Virus record (IMG/VR): IMGVR_UViG_3300025168_000043
Span: 1-64,000 of that record
Reading direction: 5' to 3' (one strand)
Length of the DNA stretch: 64,000 nucleotides
Source: a virus
In this document: positions 17,931-26,551 of the stretch, one piece after another
Numbering within the stretch: the first letter of the stretch is position 1
Layout of the letters: every line of letters begins with the position of its first letter
The notes under the pieces: model-generated
Seen by the model: only the letters and a program-made list of their open reading frames with translations
The model's database searches: none
Told to the model about the DNA's origin: nothing
Position numbers and translations under genes: made by a program

Positions 17931-18756
17931 ATGTTATGGGCCGTGGAAAAACCTAAAGTTAGATCTTCCGTTTAAATGCCATATTGACACGGCACGCATG
18001 ACTAACTTCAACCGTGAATCTGATACAAAATATGTATTCATTGACAGTGAACCACCTTGGGCGATTACACCCATAGATCAGATCATTGCCAATGCACCTC
18101 GCTACGATGCTATAATGACAACTTACAATGAAGAGATTGTAGAAAAAGTACCGAATGCCTTTTTTCATCATGTAAAGCATGATCCGTATATGGATCCATC
18201 TTATAAGCCAAGCTATGAGGATAAAAAATTCTATGTGTCTTATTTGGTGTCCAACTGGAGAGACACCAAGGCTGGTTTTTGGATTCGCAAACCAGCTACT
18301 GAGCTACTATTGTCTCACAGAGTACCACATAAAATTTGGTCTTCCAGAAGAACTCCCTATCCCGGTTTAGAGCTATTACCTCAGACTTACCCTTCTCATG
18401 TGCTTGATGACTATAACAAAACAATAATTTTTGATGCAATGTTTTCAATTGCAACTGAAAATCACATACAAAAAAACCATTGGCAAGAAAAGATACTGGG
18501 TTGCTTTTGGACTAGAACAGTTCCAATCTATTTTGGTTGCCCAAACATGTCTGATTTTGGGTTTAGGGAGGATGGAATCTTAAGATTCAATAGTGTTGAG
18601 GAACTATCAGATATACTCAATAATATAACCCCTGAGTTGTATTATGATATGAGAGAAGCGGTAGAACACAACTTTCAACACACGATGAAAGAGTATACTA
18701 TTTCACAACATACCTGTATAAGAAACGCGATAAGGGATCATTTCGAAAACAAATGA
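17917..18756 (+). CDS. GT10 alpha-1,3/4-fucosyltransferase-like protein
   Basis: SEPP; FSIATEN..EKILGCFWTRTVPIYFG motif; start reassigned to ATG 17917 after GGAG. Confidence 0.78.
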   Translation: MPLAKCYGPWKNLKLDLPFKCHIDTARMTNFNRESDTKYVFIDSEPPWAITPIDQIIANAPRYDAIMTTYNEEIVEKVPNAFFHHVKHDPYMDPSYKPSYEDKKFYVSYLVSNWRDTKAGFWIRKPATELLLSHRVPHKIWSSRRTPYPGLELLPQTYPSHVLDDYNKTIIFDAMFSIATENHIQKNHWQEKILGCFWTRTVPIYFGCPNMSDFGFREDGILRFNSVEELSDILNNITPELYYDMREAVEHNFQHTMKEYTISQHTCIRNAIRDHFENK

Positions 18757-19187
18757 TAAAAGAAATATACTCAAAAATAGATAGTACTATCTTGTTAGCT
18801 TCTGTTCTAAATAAAGAATCTCTGAGCGCGTATAGAACAGATGTATGCCCACCAGAGGAATTTCTCCAAGTCAGCGGCCGCTATCTGAAGGCAGGCACCT
18901 TTGTGCCGCCGCACAAGCACACGAAGATAGTTAGGAACACAGATCTAACACAAGAAGCTTGGGTCGTCTTACAGGGTGCTGTAAGGGCCAAATTATATGA
19001 TATAGATGACAAACCTATAGAAGATATTCACATGTCCTCTGGTTCTTGCATAGTCTTCTTTCGCGCAGGTCATTCTCTGGAGGTTTTGGAGGATGACACT
19101 ATTTTTTATGAATTTAAAAATGGGCCGTATTACGGACCAGAGACTGACAAAGAGGAGATCTCGGGTGAATATCAAACAGGCGATTAA
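18753..19187 (+). CDS. Cupin-fold sugar isomerase-like protein
   Basis: PHKH..TQEAWVVLQG..GH..YEFKNGPY. Confidence 0.75.
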   Translation: MIKEIYSKIDSTILLASVLNKESLSAYRTDVCPPEEFLQVSGRYLKAGTFVPPHKHTKIVRNTDLTQEAWVVLQGAVRAKLYDIDDKPIEDIHMSSGSCIVFFRAGHSLEVLEDDTIFYEFKNGPYYGPETDKEEISGEYQTGD

Positions 19188-20307
19188 AAACAATCAGTCT
19201 ATAAATATTTCACTTAATGAGGACTTACTGATTAAAGATACATTGGTCTTTCCTTATACTTATGATAAAAGAGTAATAATAGATGGCAATGGTTTTTCAA
19301 TAAGGTTACAGGATCCAACAAAGCCGGCGCTTACTTTTAAGAATGCATCAGAAGTTAATATTTTTAACACAAGCTTATCTAATCAAATTATTTTAGACAG
19401 TTTAAAGTGTAACTTAAATTTGTACAATGTAAACTTTATAGACCCACCTAAGTCTCGCGATTGGTATATTTCTTTTATAAACCAACAAAAAGGCACTTTA
19501 AAATGTTATGGGTGCTATTTTGAAAGCAATAAGAAAAATATTATTTCGCTAAACCAGCGTAGTTTGAGAGATTGTCATGCTATCATTGGTTGCCATGCAA
19601 AGAGTACTTACAGCGTAGAATCAAATTTTATTGGCGCCCACGGCTATAATAACGAGATCTGTATTATATCAACACACTATGAGACGGTTTTAGGGACAAG
19701 AAACAACCTTGTGTACACAGAGGGAATAAACAGGGGTTCTATTTGGGTGCTTGGTTGTGTCATGGAATCAACTGTTGGTAACATGATACAATCTAACTCG
19801 CCAAACAGTAATTCAGTAGTGTATGGTAGTTTTAAAAAAGCAGCGATCACGACGATTAGTGGACCATCTTATAACAAAATATCTTTCGATATTTATAATA
19901 ACATATCTGGACACTATCAAAAATCCTCCACACAAGAAGAAAATAACGGTATCATAATGCATAACGAACCAACCTACGACGAAGTTGCAGCAACACCTAC
20001 CATAAAACATTCAGATACTTTAATCGATATGTTAGGTTGTATTGACATAAAAACTAAAACAACAAGATATTTTAGTTTAGCAACCCAAGAGGATGTTGAT
20101 GAAGGTAGTTTAAATGAAGTGGTGACGGTGTTTGATCAATGTAATCTAAGGAATGTAAATCAAACAACAGCAAGGCATATTTTTTTAAATTCTTATTTAG
20201 AGGAATACTATAAAACAAATCAGACATCTCTTTTTGTGAATCCATATGACTCTGGTGAAAGGAAAACTAGAGTAAGATTCGCGAATAGAAAAAAGGGGAC
20301 TTGGTAA
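19165..20307 (+). CDS. Hypothetical protein, possible right-handed beta-helix
   Basis: INIKQAI-like cap, IIDGNG, N/C/I-rich beta repeats; GTG start after GAGGAG. Confidence 0.45.
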   Translation: MNIKQAIKNNQSINISLNEDLLIKDTLVFPYTYDKRVIIDGNGFSIRLQDPTKPALTFKNASEVNIFNTSLSNQIILDSLKCNLNLYNVNFIDPPKSRDWYISFINQQKGTLKCYGCYFESNKKNIISLNQRSLRDCHAIIGCHAKSTYSVESNFIGAHGYNNEICIISTHYETVLGTRNNLVYTEGINRGSIWVLGCVMESTVGNMIQSNSPNSNSVVYGSFKKAAITTISGPSYNKISFDIYNNISGHYQKSSTQEENNGIIMHNEPTYDEVAATPTIKHSDTLIDMLGCIDIKTKTTRYFSLATQEDVDEGSLNEVVTVFDQCNLRNVNQTTARHIFLNSYLEEYYKTNQTSLFVNPYDSGERKTRVRFANRKKGTW

Positions 20308-21491
20308 TGCAAGACGAATATGTTAAAATAATAGATTTAGGAATGCACCCTTTCGCAGATACATTTGTATCAAAAAAACTTCTTAGTATGTCTGAACCAA
20401 TCCATCCGTTGGAATGCTTTCTTAATAAGAGCACCGGTGAGATTCGTCTTGGTATTAGTACAATAGATGATGACAGATATAACTTATATGATTATTCATA
20501 CACTTCTTCTAATTCTGAATTTGCAAAGAATCATTGGATAAAGTATTCAAAAGAAGTTTTAGAGAAAACAAAAACTAAAACGACAAAAAAGATTGTGGAG
20601 ATTGGTTCAAACGACGGCTTTTTATCCGAACAATTTAAGATGAAAGGACACAATATAGTAGGGGTTGATCCTTCGAGGTATATGTCAGAGCTAGCGGCGA
20701 CCAGAGGTATAAAAACCTATACTATGCTCTTTAATAGTGCAACTAGTGATGTCATTAAGGAACAGGAAGGCCTTGCAGATCTGATTGTAGCTAACAACGT
20801 AGTTAATCATGCGAATGACACAGAAGATTTTATGAGAGGCGTTTCAAATCTATTGAAAGAAGATGGCTGTTTTGTTTTTGAGTTGCCTTACTGGTATCAC
20901 ACTATATGCGATAACAAATTTGATCAAATATATCATGAGCATGTTACCTACTTTACCGTGAAATACTCATACAATCTTCTAGCTCGTTTTGGATTTGAAA
21001 TATTTGATATTGAAGTTGTTGATTATCATGGAGGTTCACTGAGAATTTATGCCAATAAAACCTCGGGAGAGCCCAGAATGCTGAATAAGACTTTAGATAT
21101 GATAAAAACAGAGACTTCGTATGGATTGTTTGAAGAGAAGACTTATCGATATTTCATGAAAAACCTTGAAAATAAAAGAAATAATTTGCTTTTTGAGCTT
21201 TACAAAGTGAAAACAATGGGTTATAATATAATAGGAGTAGGAGCAGCAGCAAAAGCTAATACGTTTTTAAACTATTATAATTTAGATTATAAAACTTTAG
21301 ATTACATTACCGACGCTTCTGAGCACAAGCAAGGAAAGTATACCCCCATTACAAGGATCCCCATCGTAGGTGACGAGATATTCAACGAATATGATGAAGT
21401 GTATGCACTAATATTATCTTGGAATATTTCTGAGAGAGTGAAAGAAAATATTCGAAGTATTAATAAAAAGACAAAATTTATTTTACCGTAG
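20307..21491 (+). CDS. NDP-hexose C-methyltransferase (SAM-dependent)
   Basis: DLGMHP, EIGSNDG, FDQIYHEH, HGGSLR, GAAAKANT, KQGKYTP, LSWN. Confidence 0.9.
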   Translation: MQDEYVKIIDLGMHPFADTFVSKKLLSMSEPIHPLECFLNKSTGEIRLGISTIDDDRYNLYDYSYTSSNSEFAKNHWIKYSKEVLEKTKTKTTKKIVEIGSNDGFLSEQFKMKGHNIVGVDPSRYMSELAATRGIKTYTMLFNSATSDVIKEQEGLADLIVANNVVNHANDTEDFMRGVSNLLKEDGCFVFELPYWYHTICDNKFDQIYHEHVTYFTVKYSYNLLARFGFEIFDIEVVDYHGGSLRIYANKTSGEPRMLNKTLDMIKTETSYGLFEEKTYRYFMKNLENKRNNLLFELYKVKTMGYNIIGVGAAAKANTFLNYYNLDYKTLDYITDASEHKQGKYTPITRIPIVGDEIFNEYDEVYALILSWNISERVKENIRSINKKTKFILP

Positions 21492-21499
21492 GAAAAAGA

Positions 21500-21943
21500 A
21501 TGAAGATTAGAAATGTGTGGCGAGACGTACCAGAACCACTAGAATCACATACAGACATTAGAGGAACAATAACAGATATTTTTTACAATGAAAGTATAAA
21601 CCATGTTGCTATTGTAGGATCCGCCCCTGATGTTCTTAGGGGAAACCATTATCATAAAAAAAGCACCCAACATATGTTGATGCTGGAGGGGTCTTTGGAA
21701 TATTGGTATAAAGATTTAGATTCACCTGAGTCTGCCAAGATGGTCTTGGCCGTAAAAGGCGACTTAGTTTCAACCCCACCTAATGAAGTACACGCACTAG
21801 TAATCACGCCAGAAGGCAATAAATTTATTGTTTTTGGAGAAGGTCCGCGAGGAGGTTGTGATTACGAGGGTGATACTTTTAGAGTAGACAATATAGTACC
21901 TGAAGATAGATTAAAAGGAGTTACAAATGTTACTTATATCTAA
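21500..21943 (+). CDS. Cupin NDP-sugar epimerase/ketoisomerase (RmlC/FdtA-like)
   Basis: DIRG, RGNHYHK, PPNEVHA. Confidence 0.78.
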   Translation: MKIRNVWRDVPEPLESHTDIRGTITDIFYNESINHVAIVGSAPDVLRGNHYHKKSTQHMLMLEGSLEYWYKDLDSPESAKMVLAVKGDLVSTPPNEVHALVITPEGNKFIVFGEGPRGGCDYEGDTFRVDNIVPEDRLKGVTNVTYI

Positions 21944-22451
21944 CCACTTATTAAACTTACAACAGTTTAAAGATGTGAAAGATGTCGTGATTAGAATTAA
22001 TATGGCACATGTAAAAGATAAAGTTCAACTTGATAGTTTCTTAAATACTAAGCATGATATTTTTTTAGACTATCCAAAAGGGAGAAGTAAGCCACCAACA
22101 CCAACCTTACATGTACCTGATGCTTTAGAAGCAATGTCTAAATACAAAAACATAAAATATTTTGCAGTATCAAACATCGAGACACCTTCAGAAGTAAACA
22201 TGATTACTAGCGTCCTACCAAAGCATGTGAGTTTTTGTCCAAAAATTGAAACGGTAAAAGGTGTTATTGGTTTAGAAGAAATATTCAAGACTGACTGTGT
22301 TCGATATATTATGTTAGACGCGGAAGACCTTTACACGGATGTTCAGAACGATGTTGATCTATTCTTACAGTTGAAGGAGCGTGTTAGAAAGACTTGCGCG
22401 GACTACAACGTAAAATGCCTTGAGCTTAATGGAGTGGTCTTTAAGGGATGA
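21927..22451 (+). CDS. Minimal pyruvate-kinase-like PEP/pyruvate barrel protein
   Basis: RINMAH, LDYPKG, PKIET, IMLDAEDL match PK barrel motifs; only 174 aa, no lid or C domain. Confidence 0.65.
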   Translation: MLLISNHLLNLQQFKDVKDVVIRINMAHVKDKVQLDSFLNTKHDIFLDYPKGRSKPPTPTLHVPDALEAMSKYKNIKYFAVSNIETPSEVNMITSVLPKHVSFCPKIETVKGVIGLEEIFKTDCVRYIMLDAEDLYTDVQNDVDLFLQLKERVRKTCADYNVKCLELNGVVFKG

Positions 22452-23041
22452 GTTTTGAAGTGGTCAACCAATTTGAAAAAGAAGTGGCTAAGTTCTTTGG
22501 GTCTACATATGCTGTCGCCACTGACTCTTGTACTCATGCCATAGAATTGTGCTTACGTCGCCAAAACGCAAAAAAGATAAATATCCCAGCAAATACCTAC
22601 CTCTCTGTTCCATTTCTAGCAAATAAATTGTCAATACCACTGGAATGGAGAGAGGAAAGATGGGAAGAATATTATTTTTTCCAAGATACTAATATCGCTG
22701 ATGCAGCAGTGCTATGGAGAAAAGATAGTTATATAGCGGATACTTTTATGTGTCTAAGCTTCCAATACAAAAAACATTTAAGTTTAGGCCGTGGTGGGAT
22801 AATCTTAACTGATGATCCGCAAGCAGCCTCTGATTTGAAAAAAATGTCATATGATGGCAGGCTACCAAATATCCCTTGGCGAGAACAAAATATCGATATG
22901 ATAGGGTATCATTATTATATGACTCCTGAAACAGCCGAACTAGGGCTAAAGAAGCTCTCTGTAGCAAAACAGACAGAACCAAGAAAATGGACCATAGAAG
23001 ATTGGCCAGACTTAAGAAAAATGGAGATTTTTAAAACATGA
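22448..23041 (+). CDS. Short DegT/DnrJ/EryC1/StrS-family PLP enzyme
   Basis: FEKEVAKFFG..AVATDSCTHA, DAA, LSFQYKKHLSLGRGG, GYHYYM. Confidence 0.8.
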   Translation: MSFEVVNQFEKEVAKFFGSTYAVATDSCTHAIELCLRRQNAKKINIPANTYLSVPFLANKLSIPLEWREERWEEYYFFQDTNIADAAVLWRKDSYIADTFMCLSFQYKKHLSLGRGGIILTDDPQAASDLKKMSYDGRLPNIPWREQNIDMIGYHYYMTPETAELGLKKLSVAKQTEPRKWTIEDWPDLRKMEIFKT

Positions 23042-24003
23042 AAAAAGCACTTATAACCGGCATTAGCGGTCAGGACGGTAGCTATTTAGCGGAATACCTA
23101 TTAGATTTAGGATATGAAGTTCACGGGATTATCAGACGTTCTTCGGTAGCAGAAAATCAAGATAGTCGCATAACTCACCTAAATGATAAAATTCATACAT
23201 ACTACGGAGATATGTTAGACACTGCTTCCTTAACAAACATCATGTTAAAAGTGCAGCCCGATGAAATATATAATTTAGCCGCAATGAGTCATGTACGCAT
23301 CAGTTTTGACATACCATCCTTTACTATACAAACTAATGGGTTGGCTGTTTTAAACCTTTTAGAAGTTTATAGATTATTCGCCCCCGAGGCTAAGTTCTAT
23401 CAAGCTAGTTCATCTGAGATGTTTGGTAACTCTGTTGACGATGACGGGGTACAACGACTGACTACTCCTATGAAGCCTGTTAGCCCATATGGCTGTGCAA
23501 AGCTGTTAGCATTTAACCTTGTGAGGCATTATAGGCATGCTTATGGATTGCATGCATGTAATGGTATCTTGTTTAATCATGAGTCCCCTAGACGAGGCTC
23601 AAATTTTGTGACAAACAAAGTGGTAAAAGCCGCAGTGGAAATAAAGAAAGGCCTGCGCGATAAGTTAGAACTTGGTAATCTTGATTCTCATCGAGATTGG
23701 GGTCATTCAAAAGATTACGTCCGCGCAATGCATAAAATAATCAATCATGATATAGCAGACGAATGGGTTGTATCAACAGGAGAAACATGGTCTGTTAGAG
23801 ACTTGGTAGAGTATGTTTTTAGGAAACTAGATATGAACTGGGAAGATTATGTTGTGCAAAATCCAAAATTTATGAGACCTGAAGAGTTAAAATATTTAAA
23901 GGGCGACTCTCAAAGATCAAGAGATGTCTTAGGGTGGAAACCAGAGTATACTTTTCATTCTATGTTGGATGAGATGATAGAAAGTTGGATGAAAAAGCTG
24001 TGA
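23038..24003 (+). CDS. gmd: GDP-mannose 4,6-dehydratase
   Basis: ALITGISGQDGSYLAE, YQASSSEMFG, SPYGCAK, GILFNHESPRRG, RDWGH. Confidence 0.96.
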   Translation: MKKALITGISGQDGSYLAEYLLDLGYEVHGIIRRSSVAENQDSRITHLNDKIHTYYGDMLDTASLTNIMLKVQPDEIYNLAAMSHVRISFDIPSFTIQTNGLAVLNLLEVYRLFAPEAKFYQASSSEMFGNSVDDDGVQRLTTPMKPVSPYGCAKLLAFNLVRHYRHAYGLHACNGILFNHESPRRGSNFVTNKVVKAAVEIKKGLRDKLELGNLDSHRDWGHSKDYVRAMHKIINHDIADEWVVSTGETWSVRDLVEYVFRKLDMNWEDYVVQNPKFMRPEELKYLKGDSQRSRDVLGWKPEYTFHSMLDEMIESWMKKL

Positions 24004-24938
24004 TAGATTTGTTGAATAAGAAAGTTTTAGTAACCGGCGGCACCGGAATGCTTGGAAAAGCATTGCAGAAGCAGTTCCCAAGTGCAATATATGCTTCTAC
24101 TAAAGATGCTGATTTAAGAAATAAAACCCAAGCCGAGAAGCTTTTTAAGTTTCATAAGCCAGAAGTTGTTATTCACTTAGCAGGTAGGGTGGGCGGAATC
24201 AAGGCCAATATGGATAACTTGGGGGAGTTTTTCTATGAAAATATTATGATTAACTCAAATGTGCTAGAATGTTGCAGGAAATACCAAGTCCAGAAAGCAC
24301 TATCGGTTCTTAGCACTTGTGTTTACCCTGATGATGCAACTTATCCACTAACAGAGGAACAAATTCATTCTGGCCAACCACACCACTCTAACTATGGTTA
24401 TGCGTATGCCAAGAGAATGCTGGATGTGCAATCAAGATCATATAGAGAACAGTTTGGGTGCAATTTTATTACTATTATACCAAATAACTTATTTGGAATT
24501 CATGACAACTTTGATTTAGAAAATTCTCACGTTATTCCTGCTATGATTAGAAAATTTTACGAAGCTAAAAGAGATAACAAATCAGTTGTTCTATGGGGTG
24601 ATGGAACACCACTAAGAGAGTTCACTTATGCTGGAGATATGGCAAGAATAATATTATTTTTATTGAAAAACTATGATAATCCATACCCAATAAATGTAGG
24701 CAGCACAGAGGAACACTCTATCAAGACAGTTGCTAACATAATATCCAATATATATAATTTTAAAGGTGATATTATATGGGACACCTCTGGCCCACCCGGA
24801 CAGTTTAGAAAACCATCAAGTAATAAAAATCTTATAGATCTGGGCTGGACACAAGAAGAATATACAGATTTTAGCAAATCTTTGCAGCTAGTATGTGAGT
24901 GGTTTGAAGAAAACTATAGTGTAGCGAGGGGAATTTAA
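24000..24938 (+). CDS. fcl: GDP-L-fucose synthase
   Basis: VTGGTGMLG, VGGIKAN, STCVYP, YAYAKR, SHVIPAMIRK, WGDGTPLREF; probable GTG start overlapping the gmd stop. Confidence 0.93.
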   Translation: MIDLLNKKVLVTGGTGMLGKALQKQFPSAIYASTKDADLRNKTQAEKLFKFHKPEVVIHLAGRVGGIKANMDNLGEFFYENIMINSNVLECCRKYQVQKALSVLSTCVYPDDATYPLTEEQIHSGQPHHSNYGYAYAKRMLDVQSRSYREQFGCNFITIIPNNLFGIHDNFDLENSHVIPAMIRKFYEAKRDNKSVVLWGDGTPLREFTYAGDMARIILFLLKNYDNPYPINVGSTEEHSIKTVANIISNIYNFKGDIIWDTSGPPGQFRKPSSNKNLIDLGWTQEEYTDFSKSLQLVCEWFEENYSVARGI

Positions 24939-24943
24939 ACGCG

Positions 24944-25780
24944 ATGAAAAAGTATCTTGTAACAGGTTATAAAGGATTTATAGGTTCAAAACTTTATAAT
25001 GCATTACCTGTTGAACAAACAATAGGTATCGATCTTAAAGACGGGCACGATATTATTGATCAACTCCCAGACGAGAAGGTTGATGTGGTATTTCACATGG
25101 CTGCACTTCCAAGTGTCGAATATTCAGTCAAGCACCCCTCTTACACATTAAAGCATAATGTACTTGGAACCTCAAAAGTATTAGAATGGGCCAAAAAACA
25201 AGGGGTTAAGAGAGTTGTGTTCTCTTCCTCAGCCGCTGTGTACGGTGATGATTCAGGGCCTACCTCTCCGTATGGTATGCACAAACTAATGAGCGAAAAA
25301 GAGTGCAAATTATACTCAGATTTATATGGTCTAGATACGGTTAGTTTAAGGTATTTTAATGTCTATTCTGAAGATCAACCATATGGCGGCGCCTATTCTA
25401 CAGTTATATCTGCTTGGATGGAGATGGTACGACAATCTAAGCCTTTGAGAATAGATGGCGATGGTAGTCAAACAAGAGATTACATATATGTAGAGGATGT
25501 AATCGAAGCCAATATATTTTGTGCCAACTATAAAAAGAACTTCAATGGTGCCTCATTTGATGTAGGTTCAGGTGAATCGGTATCTCTGGTAGAGATCAAG
25601 AATTTTATTGATACAATACAGAATGTACAGTGGGCCGTAGGTCCACAGCGTCCCGGAGATATTCTACATAGCGAAGCAGACGCGAGCGGTTTATATAATT
25701 TAGGGTGGTCATCTAAAACTAATATTTTAGATGGTCTAAAAAGATGCTTTAATATAAGCAAAGGAGAAAATAATGAGTAA
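24944..25780 (+). CDS. NAD-dependent nucleotide-sugar epimerase/dehydratase
   Basis: TGYKGFIG, SSAAVYG, YGMHK, RYFNVY, GSQTRDYIYV, RPGD. Confidence 0.9.
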   Translation: MKKYLVTGYKGFIGSKLYNALPVEQTIGIDLKDGHDIIDQLPDEKVDVVFHMAALPSVEYSVKHPSYTLKHNVLGTSKVLEWAKKQGVKRVVFSSSAAVYGDDSGPTSPYGMHKLMSEKECKLYSDLYGLDTVSLRYFNVYSEDQPYGGAYSTVISAWMEMVRQSKPLRIDGDGSQTRDYIYVEDVIEANIFCANYKKNFNGASFDVGSGESVSLVEIKNFIDTIQNVQWAVGPQRPGDILHSEADASGLYNLGWSSKTNILDGLKRCFNISKGENNE

Positions 25781-25973
25781 TAAAGATATGTTGATGTCAG
25801 ACCAAGCACTAGGTGCTCTGATGATGGCGCTCCAGAAGTCTTTAATGGAACAGTCGGATATCATTCCAGTTTTGAAAGGGTTTAAATTTAGACTTTCAGA
25901 AGAAGGTTTGGTAGTCATGAATCCACCTCTAGTCAAAATTAAAGAAGATTTTGAGGAAAACGAGGAGGAATAA
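25773..25973 (+). CDS. Small hypothetical protein
   Basis: 66 aa, AAGGAG SD. Confidence 0.65.
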   Translation: MSNKDMLMSDQALGALMMALQKSLMEQSDIIPVLKGFKFRLSEEGLVVMNPPLVKIKEDFEENEEE

Positions 25974-25974
25974 C

Positions 25975-26229
25975 TTGCCACGCTATACTTATAGATGCGA
26001 TGTCTGTGGCAATTCTTTCGATGTATCTCATTCGATTTCTGAAAAATTAACTGATTGTGAGTGTGGCGAAGAAGGTTCTTTAAAAAGAATCCCCTCTTTG
26101 TCTTTTCGTGCTTCTGTTGACCAAAATAAGCAGAAAGCAGGGGCTAAAATTAAAGAATTTATTGAAGACACTAGAAAAGACATAGATGATTATAAAAATA
26201 AAATTTCTGAGGGAGTAGACAATGTTTGA
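25975..26229 (+). CDS. FmdB-family zinc-ribbon protein
   Basis: TTG start after GAGGAGG; MPRYTYRCDVCG..CECG..LKR. Confidence 0.8.
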   Translation: MPRYTYRCDVCGNSFDVSHSISEKLTDCECGEEGSLKRIPSLSFRASVDQNKQKAGAKIKEFIEDTRKDIDDYKNKISEGVDNV

Positions 26230-26551
26230 TTTATTTTTTATGATATTCCTCATTATTTCACTTTTCCTTAACATATTCTTGTTTTGGTATTGTAGAAACC
26301 TTATGATTAGTTTATATGACACCTCAGAAGATATACAGACGCTTGTTGAAGAAATATTATCTTTTGACAAGCATTTAAATGATGTTCACGAATTAGAGGT
26401 ATTTTATGGAGATGAAACTCTTGGAAATCTTATAAGACACTCCAAGGGGCTTGTTGAAACATTAGATGACTTCGTAGAAATTTATACCCTGTTCGACCAA
26501 GAAGCAGAAGAACAGTTAACCGAGGAGGTGCCTGATGATGCCGATGCCTAA
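26222..26551 (+). CDS. Membrane-anchored hypothetical protein
   Basis: N-terminal TM LFFMIFLIISLFLNIFLFWY followed by acidic helical region. Confidence 0.65.
   Translation: MFDLFFMIFLIISLFLNIFLFWYCRNLMISLYDTSEDIQTLVEEILSFDKHLNDVHELEVFYGDETLGNLIRHSKGLVETLDDFVEIYTLFDQEAEEQLTEEVPDDADA

Noticed and set aside
21927-22451. Functional pyruvate kinase (pyk) as an auxiliary metabolic gene
   Set aside because: Too short, lacks lid and C domains, and the ARGD motif is altered.
7993-25780. Bacterial O-antigen/capsule locus or giant eukaryotic virus origin
   Set aside because: No wzx/wzy/ABC export genes; contiguous with myovirus baseplate genes, SD sites and sigma70 promoters.
3851-25780. Complete ADP-heptose pathway (GmhA, GmhB, HldE-II, HldD)
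   Set aside because: No heptose kinase seen, the SIS active site diverges and the HAD lacks GmhB-specific motifs; kept only as an alternative.
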